Assembly: GCA_022449765.1 (NCBI GenBank)
Contig: JAKUPZ010000005.1
Span: forward strand, 2,285 to 66,284
Length of the DNA: 64,000 nucleotides
Reading direction: 5' to 3'
Origin: Dehalococcoidia bacterium
GTDB taxonomy: Bacteria; Chloroflexota; Dehalococcoidia; Lucifugimonadales; Australimonadaceae
Position 1 is the first letter of the stretch, and every line of letters starts with the position of its first letter. The notes beneath the pieces are model-generated. The model did no database searches and was not told the DNA's origin. It was given only the letters and a program-made list of their open reading frames with translations. This document shows, piece by piece, positions 36,601 through 45,858 of this stretch. The position numbers were made by a program, and so were the translations under genes.

Positions 36601-38832
36601 ATGGATTCACAAAAACACGTAATAGGAATGCCTGTACCCCGGATTGATGGAAGGGACAAAGTTACAGGATCCGCAAATTATGGAGCTGATTTTGAAATTC
36701 CAGGGCTACTTTGGGCAAAAACTTTGCGCAGCCCCTACCCTCACGCTTTGATTAAAAATATTGATACATCCGAAGCTGAGAATTTAGCTGGGGTGCACGC
36801 AGTAATCACAGGAAAAGATATACCTGACGATATGAAGTGGGGCCGTCGAATTGTTGATGTGCCTGTCCTAGCCCAAGGCGAAGTTAAGTTCGTTGGGGAG
36901 CAACTTGCTGCAGTAGTAGCGGATGACGAAGAAATTGCTCAACGAGCTTTAGATCTAATTGAAGTAATTTATGAAGAATTGCCTGCAGTCACTGATCCAG
37001 TTGAGGCAATGAAGAATGAAATACTGGTTAATCCCAGTATGAATGAATTTTCTGGCTTACTTTATGAAGTTGATGAACCAACAAACGTTGTAGTCCATTG
37101 GGAATGGGCTAACGGAGATATTGAGAAAGGAATGTCAGAGGCTGACCTAGTTATTGAAAACACTTTTACTACACCTTCTCAACATCAGAGTTATATGGAA
37201 GCACATAATTCAACAGTTCAGGTGCATTCTGATGGGACTGCGGAAGTATGGACTCCAGGAAAAGCCCCATACGCGGTACGTAGGCAAATATCAGGGCCTC
37301 TTGGTGTAGAGCCGGAAAGTATCGTTTTTCACCCTGTCACTATTGGAGGAGATTTCGGAGGAAAAGGCTCTCCAATGAATGTGGCATTAGGATATTTATT
37401 GTCACAAAAAGTCGGAGGTAGACCAGTAAGAATGGTTTTCGACTATAGCGAAGAATTTTTAGCAGCCAATCCTCGTCATTATTCAATACTTACAATGCGA
37501 ACAGGTGTAAAAAATGACGGGTCAATAACCGCCCACGACGTAAATATCGTTTTCGATAGCGGGGCTTATGCTGGGTTTAAACCTGCTGGGCATCTAGGCG
37601 GTGCTAAGGCCGCTGGAGGACCGTATCGAACTTTAAATGCCAGAGTCATTGAAGATATGGTCTACACCCATAATACTCCTTGCGGTCATATGCGCGGCCC
37701 TGGTGAGCCTCAAGCAGTTTTCGCATTAGAATCCCATATAGATGAGATAGCAAAAGCAATCAATATGGATCCCGTCGAGTTCCGCCTTATGAATTTAGTC
37801 GGAGACGGTGAACCAACTGCATTAGGTGACGTTTTTGTAGAGAACAAGGCTTCAGACGCGTTGAAAGCAGCTATCGATGCTTCAGGCTACTCCTCACCTA
37901 AATCGAAAGGTGTCGGTCGCGGCGTTTCCGTAGGTGAACGCCCTCCAGGTGGAGGCAGGATCAATTCTCAAATTTCACTTGAGTCTGATGGCTCAGTAGT
38001 AATTACTACCCCGCTATTTGAGCAGGGTGCAGGTGCTTATACGGTACTCCAACAAGTTGTTGCAGAAGATATGGGGCTACCTGCAGATGCAGTGAGAATT
38101 GAAATTGCAGACACCGGTTTATTTGATATGGATCAAGGTGTAGGTGGCAGCAGGGTTACCAACCTTGGGACTATTGCAACGCATGAAGCAATGGAAAAAG
38201 CACAAGGCGAACTGTTTAAATTAGCTGCAGAGTTACAGAACTGGCCAGAAGATAAATTGGTGGTTCAGGGGCAAATGCTCATCAGGACGGATACGGGAGA
38301 ATCGCAGCCATGGAGCAATTTAATTGCTCGAGTTGGAGCACCAGTGGTAGGTAGAGGTGTTGCTTCTGGTGGAGAAGAAAACGCTGTCACCGGGTATTGC
38401 GCGCAAGTCGCTGAGGTAATTATCGATGATGAAACAGGCCAAATCACTCTTACTAAGTTAACTACTGCGCACGATACAGGCACGATTATTAATCCCATCG
38501 GCCATCAAGGGCAAATCAATGGTGGAGCCATGATGGGTATAGGATTTGGGTTGCAGGAGGAACTCGTAAAAGAAAACGGATACATATCTACACTTTCTTT
38601 TGCAGATTACAAAATACCTAATATTGCAGATATCCCTGAGCTTCGTACTGTCATACTTGATACGCCTGCACAAGGGGTAGGTCCGTATAACATAAAAGCA
38701 ATAGGAGAAAGCCCCAATGCACCTACAGCGGCAGCCATCACTAATGCTATAGCTGACGCAGTAGGTACCAGAATCAAAGACCTTCCAGCTACAGCTGAAA
38801 AGGTTTACCTTGCATTGAACGAAAACAAATAG
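36601..38832 (+). CDS. Xanthine dehydrogenase/aldehyde oxidase/CoxL-family molybdopterin-binding large subunit
   Basis: ..PRIDGRDKVTGSANYGAD.. N-terminal a/b-hammerhead, ..GGDFGGKG.., and a C-terminal ..IGESP.. active-site Glu loop. ATG 36601 (GGAG 5 nt upstream) is preferred over TTG 36580. Confidence 0.85.
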   Translation: MDSQKHVIGMPVPRIDGRDKVTGSANYGADFEIPGLLWAKTLRSPYPHALIKNIDTSEAENLAGVHAVITGKDIPDDMKWGRRIVDVPVLAQGEVKFVGEQLAAVVADDEEIAQRALDLIEVIYEELPAVTDPVEAMKNEILVNPSMNEFSGLLYEVDEPTNVVVHWEWANGDIEKGMSEADLVIENTFTTPSQHQSYMEAHNSTVQVHSDGTAEVWTPGKAPYAVRRQISGPLGVEPESIVFHPVTIGGDFGGKGSPMNVALGYLLSQKVGGRPVRMVFDYSEEFLAANPRHYSILTMRTGVKNDGSITAHDVNIVFDSGAYAGFKPAGHLGGAKAAGGPYRTLNARVIEDMVYTHNTPCGHMRGPGEPQAVFALESHIDEIAKAINMDPVEFRLMNLVGDGEPTALGDVFVENKASDALKAAIDASGYSSPKSKGVGRGVSVGERPPGGGRINSQISLESDGSVVITTPLFEQGAGAYTVLQQVVAEDMGLPADAVRIEIADTGLFDMDQGVGGSRVTNLGTIATHEAMEKAQGELFKLAAELQNWPEDKLVVQGQMLIRTDTGESQPWSNLIARVGAPVVGRGVASGGEENAVTGYCAQVAEVIIDDETGQITLTKLTTAHDTGTIINPIGHQGQINGGAMMGIGFGLQEELVKENGYISTLSFADYKIPNIADIPELRTVILDTPAQGVGPYNIKAIGESPNAPTAAAITNAIADAVGTRIKDLPATAEKVYLALNENK

Positions 38833-38850
38833 AAATTAGTGAGGCAGTTA

Positions 38851-40482
38851 GTGGCAGATTCTCTCAGGCCAATTACCGAAGTGGCTCGCTCACTCGGCAT
38901 AGCACCTAAGTACCTAACAGCTTATGGCGATACCAAGGCAAAGGTATCATTAGACTCGATTACCTCCGATCCCAAGGGCAAATTGGTAGTAGTTACCGGT
39001 GTAAGCCCTACTCCAGCAGGAGAAGGTAAAACAACAACCGCAATTGGTTTAACCCAAGGCCTTGCCAAAATAGGCAAAAATTCGGCAGTAACAATTCGAG
39101 AGCCATCTCTTGGGCCAATATTTGGAATCAAAGGCGGAGGTACAGGCGGAGGTAACGCCAAAGTATTACCTGAAGAAGAAATTAATATACATTTTACTGG
39201 AGATGCGCATGCAGTAAGCAGTGCGCACAATTTACTTTGCGCACTTACTGAAAATCAAATTCAAAGACGGAAAATTGAAGGCGTCACAGCAGAAAGCATA
39301 TCTTGGCGACGAGTTACTGACGTCGAGGACAGGTCTTTACGCTCAGTTACAGTCGGGCTTGGAGGGAGCATAAACGCACCCCTTCGACAAACAGGGTTCG
39401 ACATAGTGACATCGTCTGAAATAATGGCAATTTTGGCTCTTTCTACTAGTTACGATGATTTACGCAACAAATTAGGGAAAATTACAGTTGCTACTGATCG
39501 GCTTGGTTCGCTTGTGACCGCAGATGATGTAAATGCTGTTGGATCTATGATGGCGCTCTTGAAAAATGCATTACTACCTAATTTAGTACAGACTTCAGAG
39601 GGGCAGGCTGCTTTTGTACACACTGGGCCGTTTGGCAACATTGCACACGGGTGTAGTTCAATAATTGCTGATCAAGTCGCACTAAGCTATGCAGATTTTG
39701 TTGTCACTGAAGCTGGTTTTGGAGCCGACCTTGGGTTTGAGAAGTTCATGCACATCAAATGCCGTAATAGTGACTTAAAACCTTCAGCTGCAGTACTTGT
39801 AGGTACTGTTCGTGCTATGAAATCACACGGAGGGATACCTCTTAATTCCCTAGATCGCCCTGACCCTCTTGCAGTTCGTATCGGTGCTTCGAACCTTGAA
39901 CACATGATAGGAATAGTTAAGTCATTCGGACTCCCTGTAGTAGTCGCAATCAATAAATTTCCTACTGACACACCTGAAGAAATAGTGATAATGCAAGATG
40001 TTGCAATTGATGCGGGAGCTTCTGCAGCTGTCATTTGTAATGGATTCCAGCATGGAGGCGAAGGTGCCATAGACCTTGCGGAGGCTGTGGTGAGAGCTTC
40101 CGAAGAACAAATTGATGAAATCTCCTATTTATATCCCGTGAATTCCACTATCACTGGAAAAGTGCGTACGCTCGCAGAAAAAATATATGGTGCAGCAGAC
40201 GTAAAATGGGAAGCAAGGGCAATAAAACAAGCAGATTATTTCGAATCTCAAGGTTTGGGTAATCTGCCAATATGCATGGCCAAAACTCCTTTATCGATTT
40301 CTCACGATCCTCAATTAAAAAATCGACCCTCCGGCTACACTTTTGAAATTTCCGATATACGTGCATCTACTGGAGCAGGGTTTTTATATCCGATTGCCGG
40401 TACGATTATGACATTACCAGGTTTGCCAAATAACCCAAGGTCTCTCGATCTTGATAATGAGGGTATAATCACAGGACTGTAG
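38851..40482 (+). CDS. fhs: Formate--tetrahydrofolate ligase
   Basis: ..PTPAGEGKTTTAIGL.. P-loop, ..VHTGPFGNIAHG.., ..ICMAKTPLS... GTG 38851 (GAGG 6 nt upstream) is preferred over GTG 38839. Confidence 0.9.
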   Translation: MADSLRPITEVARSLGIAPKYLTAYGDTKAKVSLDSITSDPKGKLVVVTGVSPTPAGEGKTTTAIGLTQGLAKIGKNSAVTIREPSLGPIFGIKGGGTGGGNAKVLPEEEINIHFTGDAHAVSSAHNLLCALTENQIQRRKIEGVTAESISWRRVTDVEDRSLRSVTVGLGGSINAPLRQTGFDIVTSSEIMAILALSTSYDDLRNKLGKITVATDRLGSLVTADDVNAVGSMMALLKNALLPNLVQTSEGQAAFVHTGPFGNIAHGCSSIIADQVALSYADFVVTEAGFGADLGFEKFMHIKCRNSDLKPSAAVLVGTVRAMKSHGGIPLNSLDRPDPLAVRIGASNLEHMIGIVKSFGLPVVVAINKFPTDTPEEIVIMQDVAIDAGASAAVICNGFQHGGEGAIDLAEAVVRASEEQIDEISYLYPVNSTITGKVRTLAEKIYGAADVKWEARAIKQADYFESQGLGNLPICMAKTPLSISHDPQLKNRPSGYTFEISDIRASTGAGFLYPIAGTIMTLPGLPNNPRSLDLDNEGIITGL

Positions 40483-40519
40483 GCTTTTGCGGTGGATCAT
40501 AATCCAGTAAAGAGGGGCT

Positions 40520-41806
40520 ATGTTAAGCACTGAAATCAATGAAAAATTGACCCAAGTTGGTAAGGGAACACCTATGGGTGAACTAATGCGGCAGTATTGG
40601 CACCCAGTAAGTGCAGCTGTAGATTTACAAGAAAAGCCTACCAAGCCAGTAAGAATTCTCGGAGAAGATCTCGTTCTTTATAAAGATGGCTCAGGGAAAA
40701 TTGGGCTTATTGAGAGATATTGCCCACATAGGCGTGTAGATCTCTCATACGGCATCCCCGAGCAGAGCGGCCTGCGATGCATGTACCATGGATGGCAATT
40801 TAATGAATACGGGCAGTGCATAGAGCAACCATTTGAGGAAACTGTCCGCCCTGATGGAAGATTTAAAGAGAAAGTACAGATAGCAAGTTACCCTGTAGAA
40901 GAACTTGGAGGGCTCCTATGGGCTTATTTAGGACCTTCGCCAGCTCCTTTACTGCCAAGATGGGATTTGTTTGTATGGGACGGAGTCCTCAAAGATATTG
41001 GTACTACAATCCTCCCGTGTAATTGGCTACAGTGTATGGAAAATTCATTAGACCCTGTGCACTTGGAATGGCTTCATGTCTATTGGGGAAATTATCAATT
41101 AAAAGATGCTGGCTTTGACAGAGAATTACCTACTACTGTACACACTAAAATTAAATTTGATCAATTTGAGCACGGGATAATTAAAAGACGAACCTACACT
41201 AATACCACAGAGGATGATCCCGAATGGACAATTGGCCACCCCATAATATTCCCTAATTGGTTAAGAGTAGGAACAGGGTTCCAAATGAGGGTGCCTATCG
41301 ACGATACGCACACCATGCATGTTCACTACAATGTCTACGCCCCTCCTAAAGGCGTAGAAGCGCCGAAACAAGATTCAATTCCTCATTATGAAGTTCCTCT
41401 TCGGGATGAAGAAGGAAAATTCCCTGTTGACTTCACTATTGGCCAAGACCAAATGGCTTGGGTCACACAGGGTGCTATAGCTAAGAGGGAGCTTGAAAAA
41501 TTAGGTGAATCTGACAGGGGAATTATTCTATACAGGAAAATGCTCGTCGATGAAATGGATAAGGTTGCAAATGGAATGGAACCTCTCAATGTTTTTCGAG
41601 ATCCCAGTAAAAATCAAATAATCGAATTGTTCCAAGAACATGACCCCGCCATACGAATGACACCACCACGCGAACCATTGCCAGGAATGATTGACCCTAT
41701 AACAGGTGATATCTCAGCTGCGCCAACTGGTCGACATGCTCCTGTAGGGCTGAAAGCACGGTCTATCTATAAAAAAGCCGCGCTTGATAAAGGGATTCTT
41801 ATCTAG
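40520..41806 (+). CDS. Rieske [2Fe-2S] non-haem iron oxygenase, alpha-subunit type (paralogue 2)
   Basis: CPHRRVDLSYG..CMYHGW plus ENSLDPVHLEWLH. The first ~170 aa are roughly three-quarters identical by eye to the 233-1543 product. Confidence 0.85.
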   Translation: MLSTEINEKLTQVGKGTPMGELMRQYWHPVSAAVDLQEKPTKPVRILGEDLVLYKDGSGKIGLIERYCPHRRVDLSYGIPEQSGLRCMYHGWQFNEYGQCIEQPFEETVRPDGRFKEKVQIASYPVEELGGLLWAYLGPSPAPLLPRWDLFVWDGVLKDIGTTILPCNWLQCMENSLDPVHLEWLHVYWGNYQLKDAGFDRELPTTVHTKIKFDQFEHGIIKRRTYTNTTEDDPEWTIGHPIIFPNWLRVGTGFQMRVPIDDTHTMHVHYNVYAPPKGVEAPKQDSIPHYEVPLRDEEGKFPVDFTIGQDQMAWVTQGAIAKRELEKLGESDRGIILYRKMLVDEMDKVANGMEPLNVFRDPSKNQIIELFQEHDPAIRMTPPREPLPGMIDPITGDISAAPTGRHAPVGLKARSIYKKAALDKGILI

Positions 41807-43634
41807 CCTTAGCTTTGTTTCTCAAAACTCTGTAGCGTTCGTCAGGGTCGAGAATGCGTTTGCGCATTCGGATGTTTTTTGGTGTAATTTCGATAAGCTC
41901 GTCTTCATTGATAAAGCCAAGCGCTTCTTCCAGGCTGAACTGAATTGCCGGTGCTAATCGCTCCACAATTTCTTGGGTTGCAGAGCGCATATTTGTAATT
42001 TTTCGTTCCTTACAAATATTGAAGTCCATATCGCGATCCCTGTTGTGTCTACCAACAATCATCCCTTTGTAGACTGGAGTTTGAGGCTCTACGAAAGTCT
42101 CTGCTCTTTCCTGTGCATTTTGCAAACCGTAGGTCACCGCAAACCCGGTTTCTGAGCAGACAAGAGCCCCCGAGCGAATTGATTTTATATCCCCAGAAAC
42201 AGGTTCCATACCTAGGAACTCGGTATTCATTAAGCCGTTACCCCTTGTCGCACGGAGGAAGAAGCTTTGAAACCCAATGAGTCCTCTGGTGGGCAAGCGA
42301 AAATTTAATCGTATATTACCGGATCCGTCATTTTGCATATCAGTCATGATTGCAAGCCTATTAGAGAGATCTTCTGTCACTATCCCAATGTAATCATCAC
42401 GAGTTTCCAAATGAAGCATTTCATATGGCTCATGCAATACTTTGTCGATAATTTTAGTGACTGCTTCAGGCCGAGAAACCTGAAATTCTATACCTTCTCT
42501 CCTCATTTTTTCTATAAGAACTGAAAGGTGTAGCTCTCCTCGACCGCTAACGAGAAACTCATCAGCGCTTTCAGTTCTTTCCACCCGTAAAGCTACGTTA
42601 GTTTGTAATTCACGTTGTAGCCGATCCCACAGCATGCGTGATGTCGCATATTGTCCATCGCGACCCGAAAAGGGTGATGTGTTTACCGCAAATGTCATTC
42701 GGACTGTAGGCTCTTCTACTTTCATCCTGGCTAGTGGCTCAGGGTTATCTGGAGAAGCAACAGTGTCACCAATTTGGACGTCTTTTAATCCCGAAATTGC
42801 AATTATTTCACCTGCAGATGCACTCTCAATATCTTTTCGCGCCAAATCTCGAAACGTAAATAAACGCTCTGCTTTAAATGTCGTAACTCGATCACCTGAT
42901 GAAATCAAAGCTATCTGTTGGTTTTTTTTGATAGATCCGCGGGAGACCCGGCCGACGACAATCTGGCCTAAATAATTATCATAATCCAGAGCAGCAACGA
43001 GTAATTGAAATGCGCCTTCGGCGTCCACATAAGGAGACGGCATTCGGTGAATTATCGTTTCAAATAAAGGTGCCATGTCCTGGGGGCTATCTTCTCTATC
43101 AATTAATGTGTATTGATCTCTAGCAGATGCATAGAGTACAGGGAAATCTAATTGATTTACGTCGGTAGCAAGTTCAAGAAAAAGATCTTGAACAGCAGAA
43201 AGTACAGAGTCTGGGTCGGCGGTATCTCTATCAATTTTATTAATGACCACAATTGGCCTCAATCCTTGCTGCAATGCTATGCGTAATACATAACGAGTTT
43301 GTGGCATCGGGCCTTCCACTGCATCCACCACCAAGAGGCAACCATCAGCCATATTAACTACCCGCTCTACCTCTCCGCTAAAATCAGCATGGCCAGGTGT
43401 ATCAATTATGTTAATGGTCACATTCCCGTATTGTATTCCCGTATTCTTAGCGAGGATTGTTATCCCTCTCTCCCTCTCTTGAGGATCTGAATCCATGATT
43501 AAATTTTCAACTTGCTGATCAGGTCGGAATACATGGCTGTAATGAAGCATCGCATCGACCAAGCTGGTTTTACCATGATCAACATGGGCAACAATCGCAA
43601 TATTTCTCAAATGAGTTTGATTAGTTTCAGTCAT
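41799..43634 (-). CDS. typA: Translational GTPase TypA/BipA
   Basis: ..RNIAIVAHVDHGKTSL.., DTPGHADF, NKID. EF-G-like domains. The ATG at 43634 gives a conventional N-terminus; the ORF-track alternative is 43676. Confidence 0.9.
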   Translation of the reverse strand: MTETNQTHLRNIAIVAHVDHGKTSLVDAMLHYSHVFRPDQQVENLIMDSDPQERERGITILAKNTGIQYGNVTINIIDTPGHADFSGEVERVVNMADGCLLVVDAVEGPMPQTRYVLRIALQQGLRPIVVINKIDRDTADPDSVLSAVQDLFLELATDVNQLDFPVLYASARDQYTLIDREDSPQDMAPLFETIIHRMPSPYVDAEGAFQLLVAALDYDNYLGQIVVGRVSRGSIKKNQQIALISSGDRVTTFKAERLFTFRDLARKDIESASAGEIIAISGLKDVQIGDTVASPDNPEPLARMKVEEPTVRMTFAVNTSPFSGRDGQYATSRMLWDRLQRELQTNVALRVERTESADEFLVSGRGELHLSVLIEKMRREGIEFQVSRPEAVTKIIDKVLHEPYEMLHLETRDDYIGIVTEDLSNRLAIMTDMQNDGSGNIRLNFRLPTRGLIGFQSFFLRATRGNGLMNTEFLGMEPVSGDIKSIRSGALVCSETGFAVTYGLQNAQERAETFVEPQTPVYKGMIVGRHNRDRDMDFNICKERKITNMRSATQEIVERLAPAIQFSLEEALGFINEDELIEITPKNIRMRKRILDPDERYRVLRNKAKAR

Positions 43635-43710
43635 TTCACAGCTCTCAAACGTAAGTGACGCCCTCTCATTGGACATAGAAGGCGTCTTTAATTATCTATG
43701 CACTAACTTT

Positions 43711-44712
43711 TTAGGGATTTTCCCAATAAGCAAATGATACTCCACATGGTGAAGCATATACAGGAATATAATCAACCACTGTACCAGGAATTCCGTCTAC
43801 CATTGAAGCCGCGGCCACCCAATTCCGTGTTTCTCCTGTACCAGATCCCAGACCTAGGTACATACCTGTGCCCCCATCAACCCATTTGCCATTTCCGTAT
43901 GCTTCGGGAGGATTCTCGCTTTCTCGATCAAAATGATCAGCAAGCCCCTTCGCATCGCCAGATTGAATGTTGTCTAAAACCCCAGAATCAAAGTCTTCAT
44001 TGAGCCAGCCTTCAGGGTTACCTGGGGTATGCCAGAGCCCTCCAGATCCTAAAACTGCTACACGTAAATCTTTATCAAAGTCTTCAATTATTGCCCGAAC
44101 TGATCGTCCTATTTGGTATACGCGATTTGCAGTTGGCTGAGGCCCATAAAAGCAATTTATATAAAAAGGAAGAATTGGTACATCGTACTTTGGCAATATG
44201 TAGCTCATCGGGCGCAAGAAAGCATGGCCGACACCGTGTTCTTTATTATGCTCCTCCAGCATGAAGGAAACATCAAATTCATTTTTTACTAAATTCTTCA
44301 GCAAATGCTTTGCTAATTCAGGGTGACCATTTACTTTTGCCCAAGTTTCCGGAGTTTTTTCAACCCAGTCTCCTCGTTGGCCCGGAACAATCCCAGTACG
44401 AGGGAAAACTTTATATCCTTCAAAATTTTCACCCGCAAAAATTGCAAATGGTGGAAATAGCGAAAAATCAAATTGCTCAATTTGGTCGTCACCGAAGACC
44501 AAAATTACATCCGGCTTGGCTGCCTCTAATTTGTCCCTTAGTACACCAAAAGCAGCTTGGGCACGTGCATATTGCTGTACATTTTCCTCATCCGTAGTCC
44601 AAGGGTTTTTCTCAGAGTTTGGACGAAGTCTCCGAATTTCATTCCACAGCATAGGATCAGTCCACAAAAAAGGAGTATGTGAACAAGTTTCTACTAATAC
44701 AATTTTTGCCAT
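43711..44712 (-). CDS. Class III extradiol ring-cleavage dioxygenase, LigB-family subunit
   Basis: 333 aa. ..VETCSHTPF.., ..VILVFGDDQ.. and ..VAVLGSGGLWHTPG.. resemble LigB/gallate/aminophenol dioxygenase catalytic subunits. Confidence 0.65.
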   Translation of the reverse strand: MAKIVLVETCSHTPFLWTDPMLWNEIRRLRPNSEKNPWTTDEENVQQYARAQAAFGVLRDKLEAAKPDVILVFGDDQIEQFDFSLFPPFAIFAGENFEGYKVFPRTGIVPGQRGDWVEKTPETWAKVNGHPELAKHLLKNLVKNEFDVSFMLEEHNKEHGVGHAFLRPMSYILPKYDVPILPFYINCFYGPQPTANRVYQIGRSVRAIIEDFDKDLRVAVLGSGGLWHTPGNPEGWLNEDFDSGVLDNIQSGDAKGLADHFDRESENPPEAYGNGKWVDGGTGMYLGLGSGTGETRNWVAAASMVDGIPGTVVDYIPVYASPCGVSFAYWENP

Positions 44713-44747
44713 ATAAATTCCTACCTAGTCTAATTATCTACATCAAA

Positions 44748-45845
44748 TCAAGCGGAAGGGAAAAAGCCTTTTGCATACCAATCAGTCAAATCGCTACCAA
44801 ACCAATCAGTAGGAATCTCGTGGCCAAGGCCCATTTTCTTAGCGTTTCGGTAAATTAACGCACCCGCAGCAGCCATTTGAATGCCCATTCCGGTACTGTT
44901 TTTATAATAGACGATATCGTCTGGCTTATGATCAACCGATGCGCTACCACATACAATTTCCCCAAGGGTAATAATTTTATCCCACGAAATAACTCCCTTT
45001 TCTATTGGGTCAAGCAGCTCCAGCTGGCCATTTGCATAAACACTTTCACGATCATTTATACAAATAAGAGAACTCCTTTGGAAAGTTAATTCATCGACCT
45101 CAGTCTTTTTGAAATTGGGGTCACTATTCTGGAGTGAGATGACAAACTGGCCGGGTTCAAGCCAATTCCCATCAAATACAGGTTTTCCTGATATGTATCC
45201 CGCATTAGTAGCACAACAAACGATATCCATATCAAGCATTGCAAGTTGCGGATTGTCTACAGGCTCAATATCAATTTCCAACGACTGAGACATTTCTTTT
45301 GCAAATTGCTCTCTATGCTCTTTTGTTGGACTGTAAATTTTCACTTTTTTAATAGGTCTAACTTTTACCAGAGCTTCCAAATCCGTCCGTGCCAATTTAC
45401 CGCTACCAAACATTCCGATAGTAGAAGCTTGAGGTGCAGCTAAGTATTTAGCTGCAACGCCAGAAGTTGCACCTACACGTATTCCTGAAAGAAAAAATTC
45501 TTGAATAAATGCCAAAGGCTGCCCTGTCTGCATATCAATTAAGCAGATAAACCCCCAATTACGGTTATCATATTTTGCCGATTGAGAACCTTGTGCATTA
45601 GGCTGAGTTCCTCGAGCGCTTCCACCAATGCGAATGGCAGCAGTATCGTAGCTCGGAGTTGTTCCTATATGAATATTCGAACCATAAATCATATTAGGGT
45701 TTGTTGTTTTACTAATGTACCGTACTCTGGGAATATTAACTGCCGTATTAGCACCATAATCACGGAAAGCTGTTTCCATTGATTCAATGCAATCTTCCAT
45801 AGGATGCGCAAGCGCTACATCTTGATCCGTCAGTATTAAAGTCAT
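44748..45845 (-). CDS. Ornithine cyclodeaminase/mu-crystallin family protein
   Basis: N-terminus MTLILTDQDV.. and Rossmann ..IGMFGSGKLAR.. are typical of the OCD/mu-crystallin family. Confidence 0.75.
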   Translation of the reverse strand: MTLILTDQDVALAHPMEDCIESMETAFRDYGANTAVNIPRVRYISKTTNPNMIYGSNIHIGTTPSYDTAAIRIGGSARGTQPNAQGSQSAKYDNRNWGFICLIDMQTGQPLAFIQEFFLSGIRVGATSGVAAKYLAAPQASTIGMFGSGKLARTDLEALVKVRPIKKVKIYSPTKEHREQFAKEMSQSLEIDIEPVDNPQLAMLDMDIVCCATNAGYISGKPVFDGNWLEPGQFVISLQNSDPNFKKTEVDELTFQRSSLICINDRESVYANGQLELLDPIEKGVISWDKIITLGEIVCGSASVDHKPDDIVYYKNSTGMGIQMAAAGALIYRNAKKMGLGHEIPTDWFGSDLTDWYAKGFFPSA

Positions 45846-45858
45846 ACTTGCTCCTAAT

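Noticed and set aside
39687-40070. Antisense or overlapping ORFs of 60-127 aa inside large genes (for example 39687-40070, 23021-23368, 20210-20563, 42634-42975, 9066-9362)
   Set aside because: All are embedded in strongly supported genes on the other strand or frame, with compositionally biased translations (Ser/Pro/Arg-rich) and no SD. They are considered spurious.
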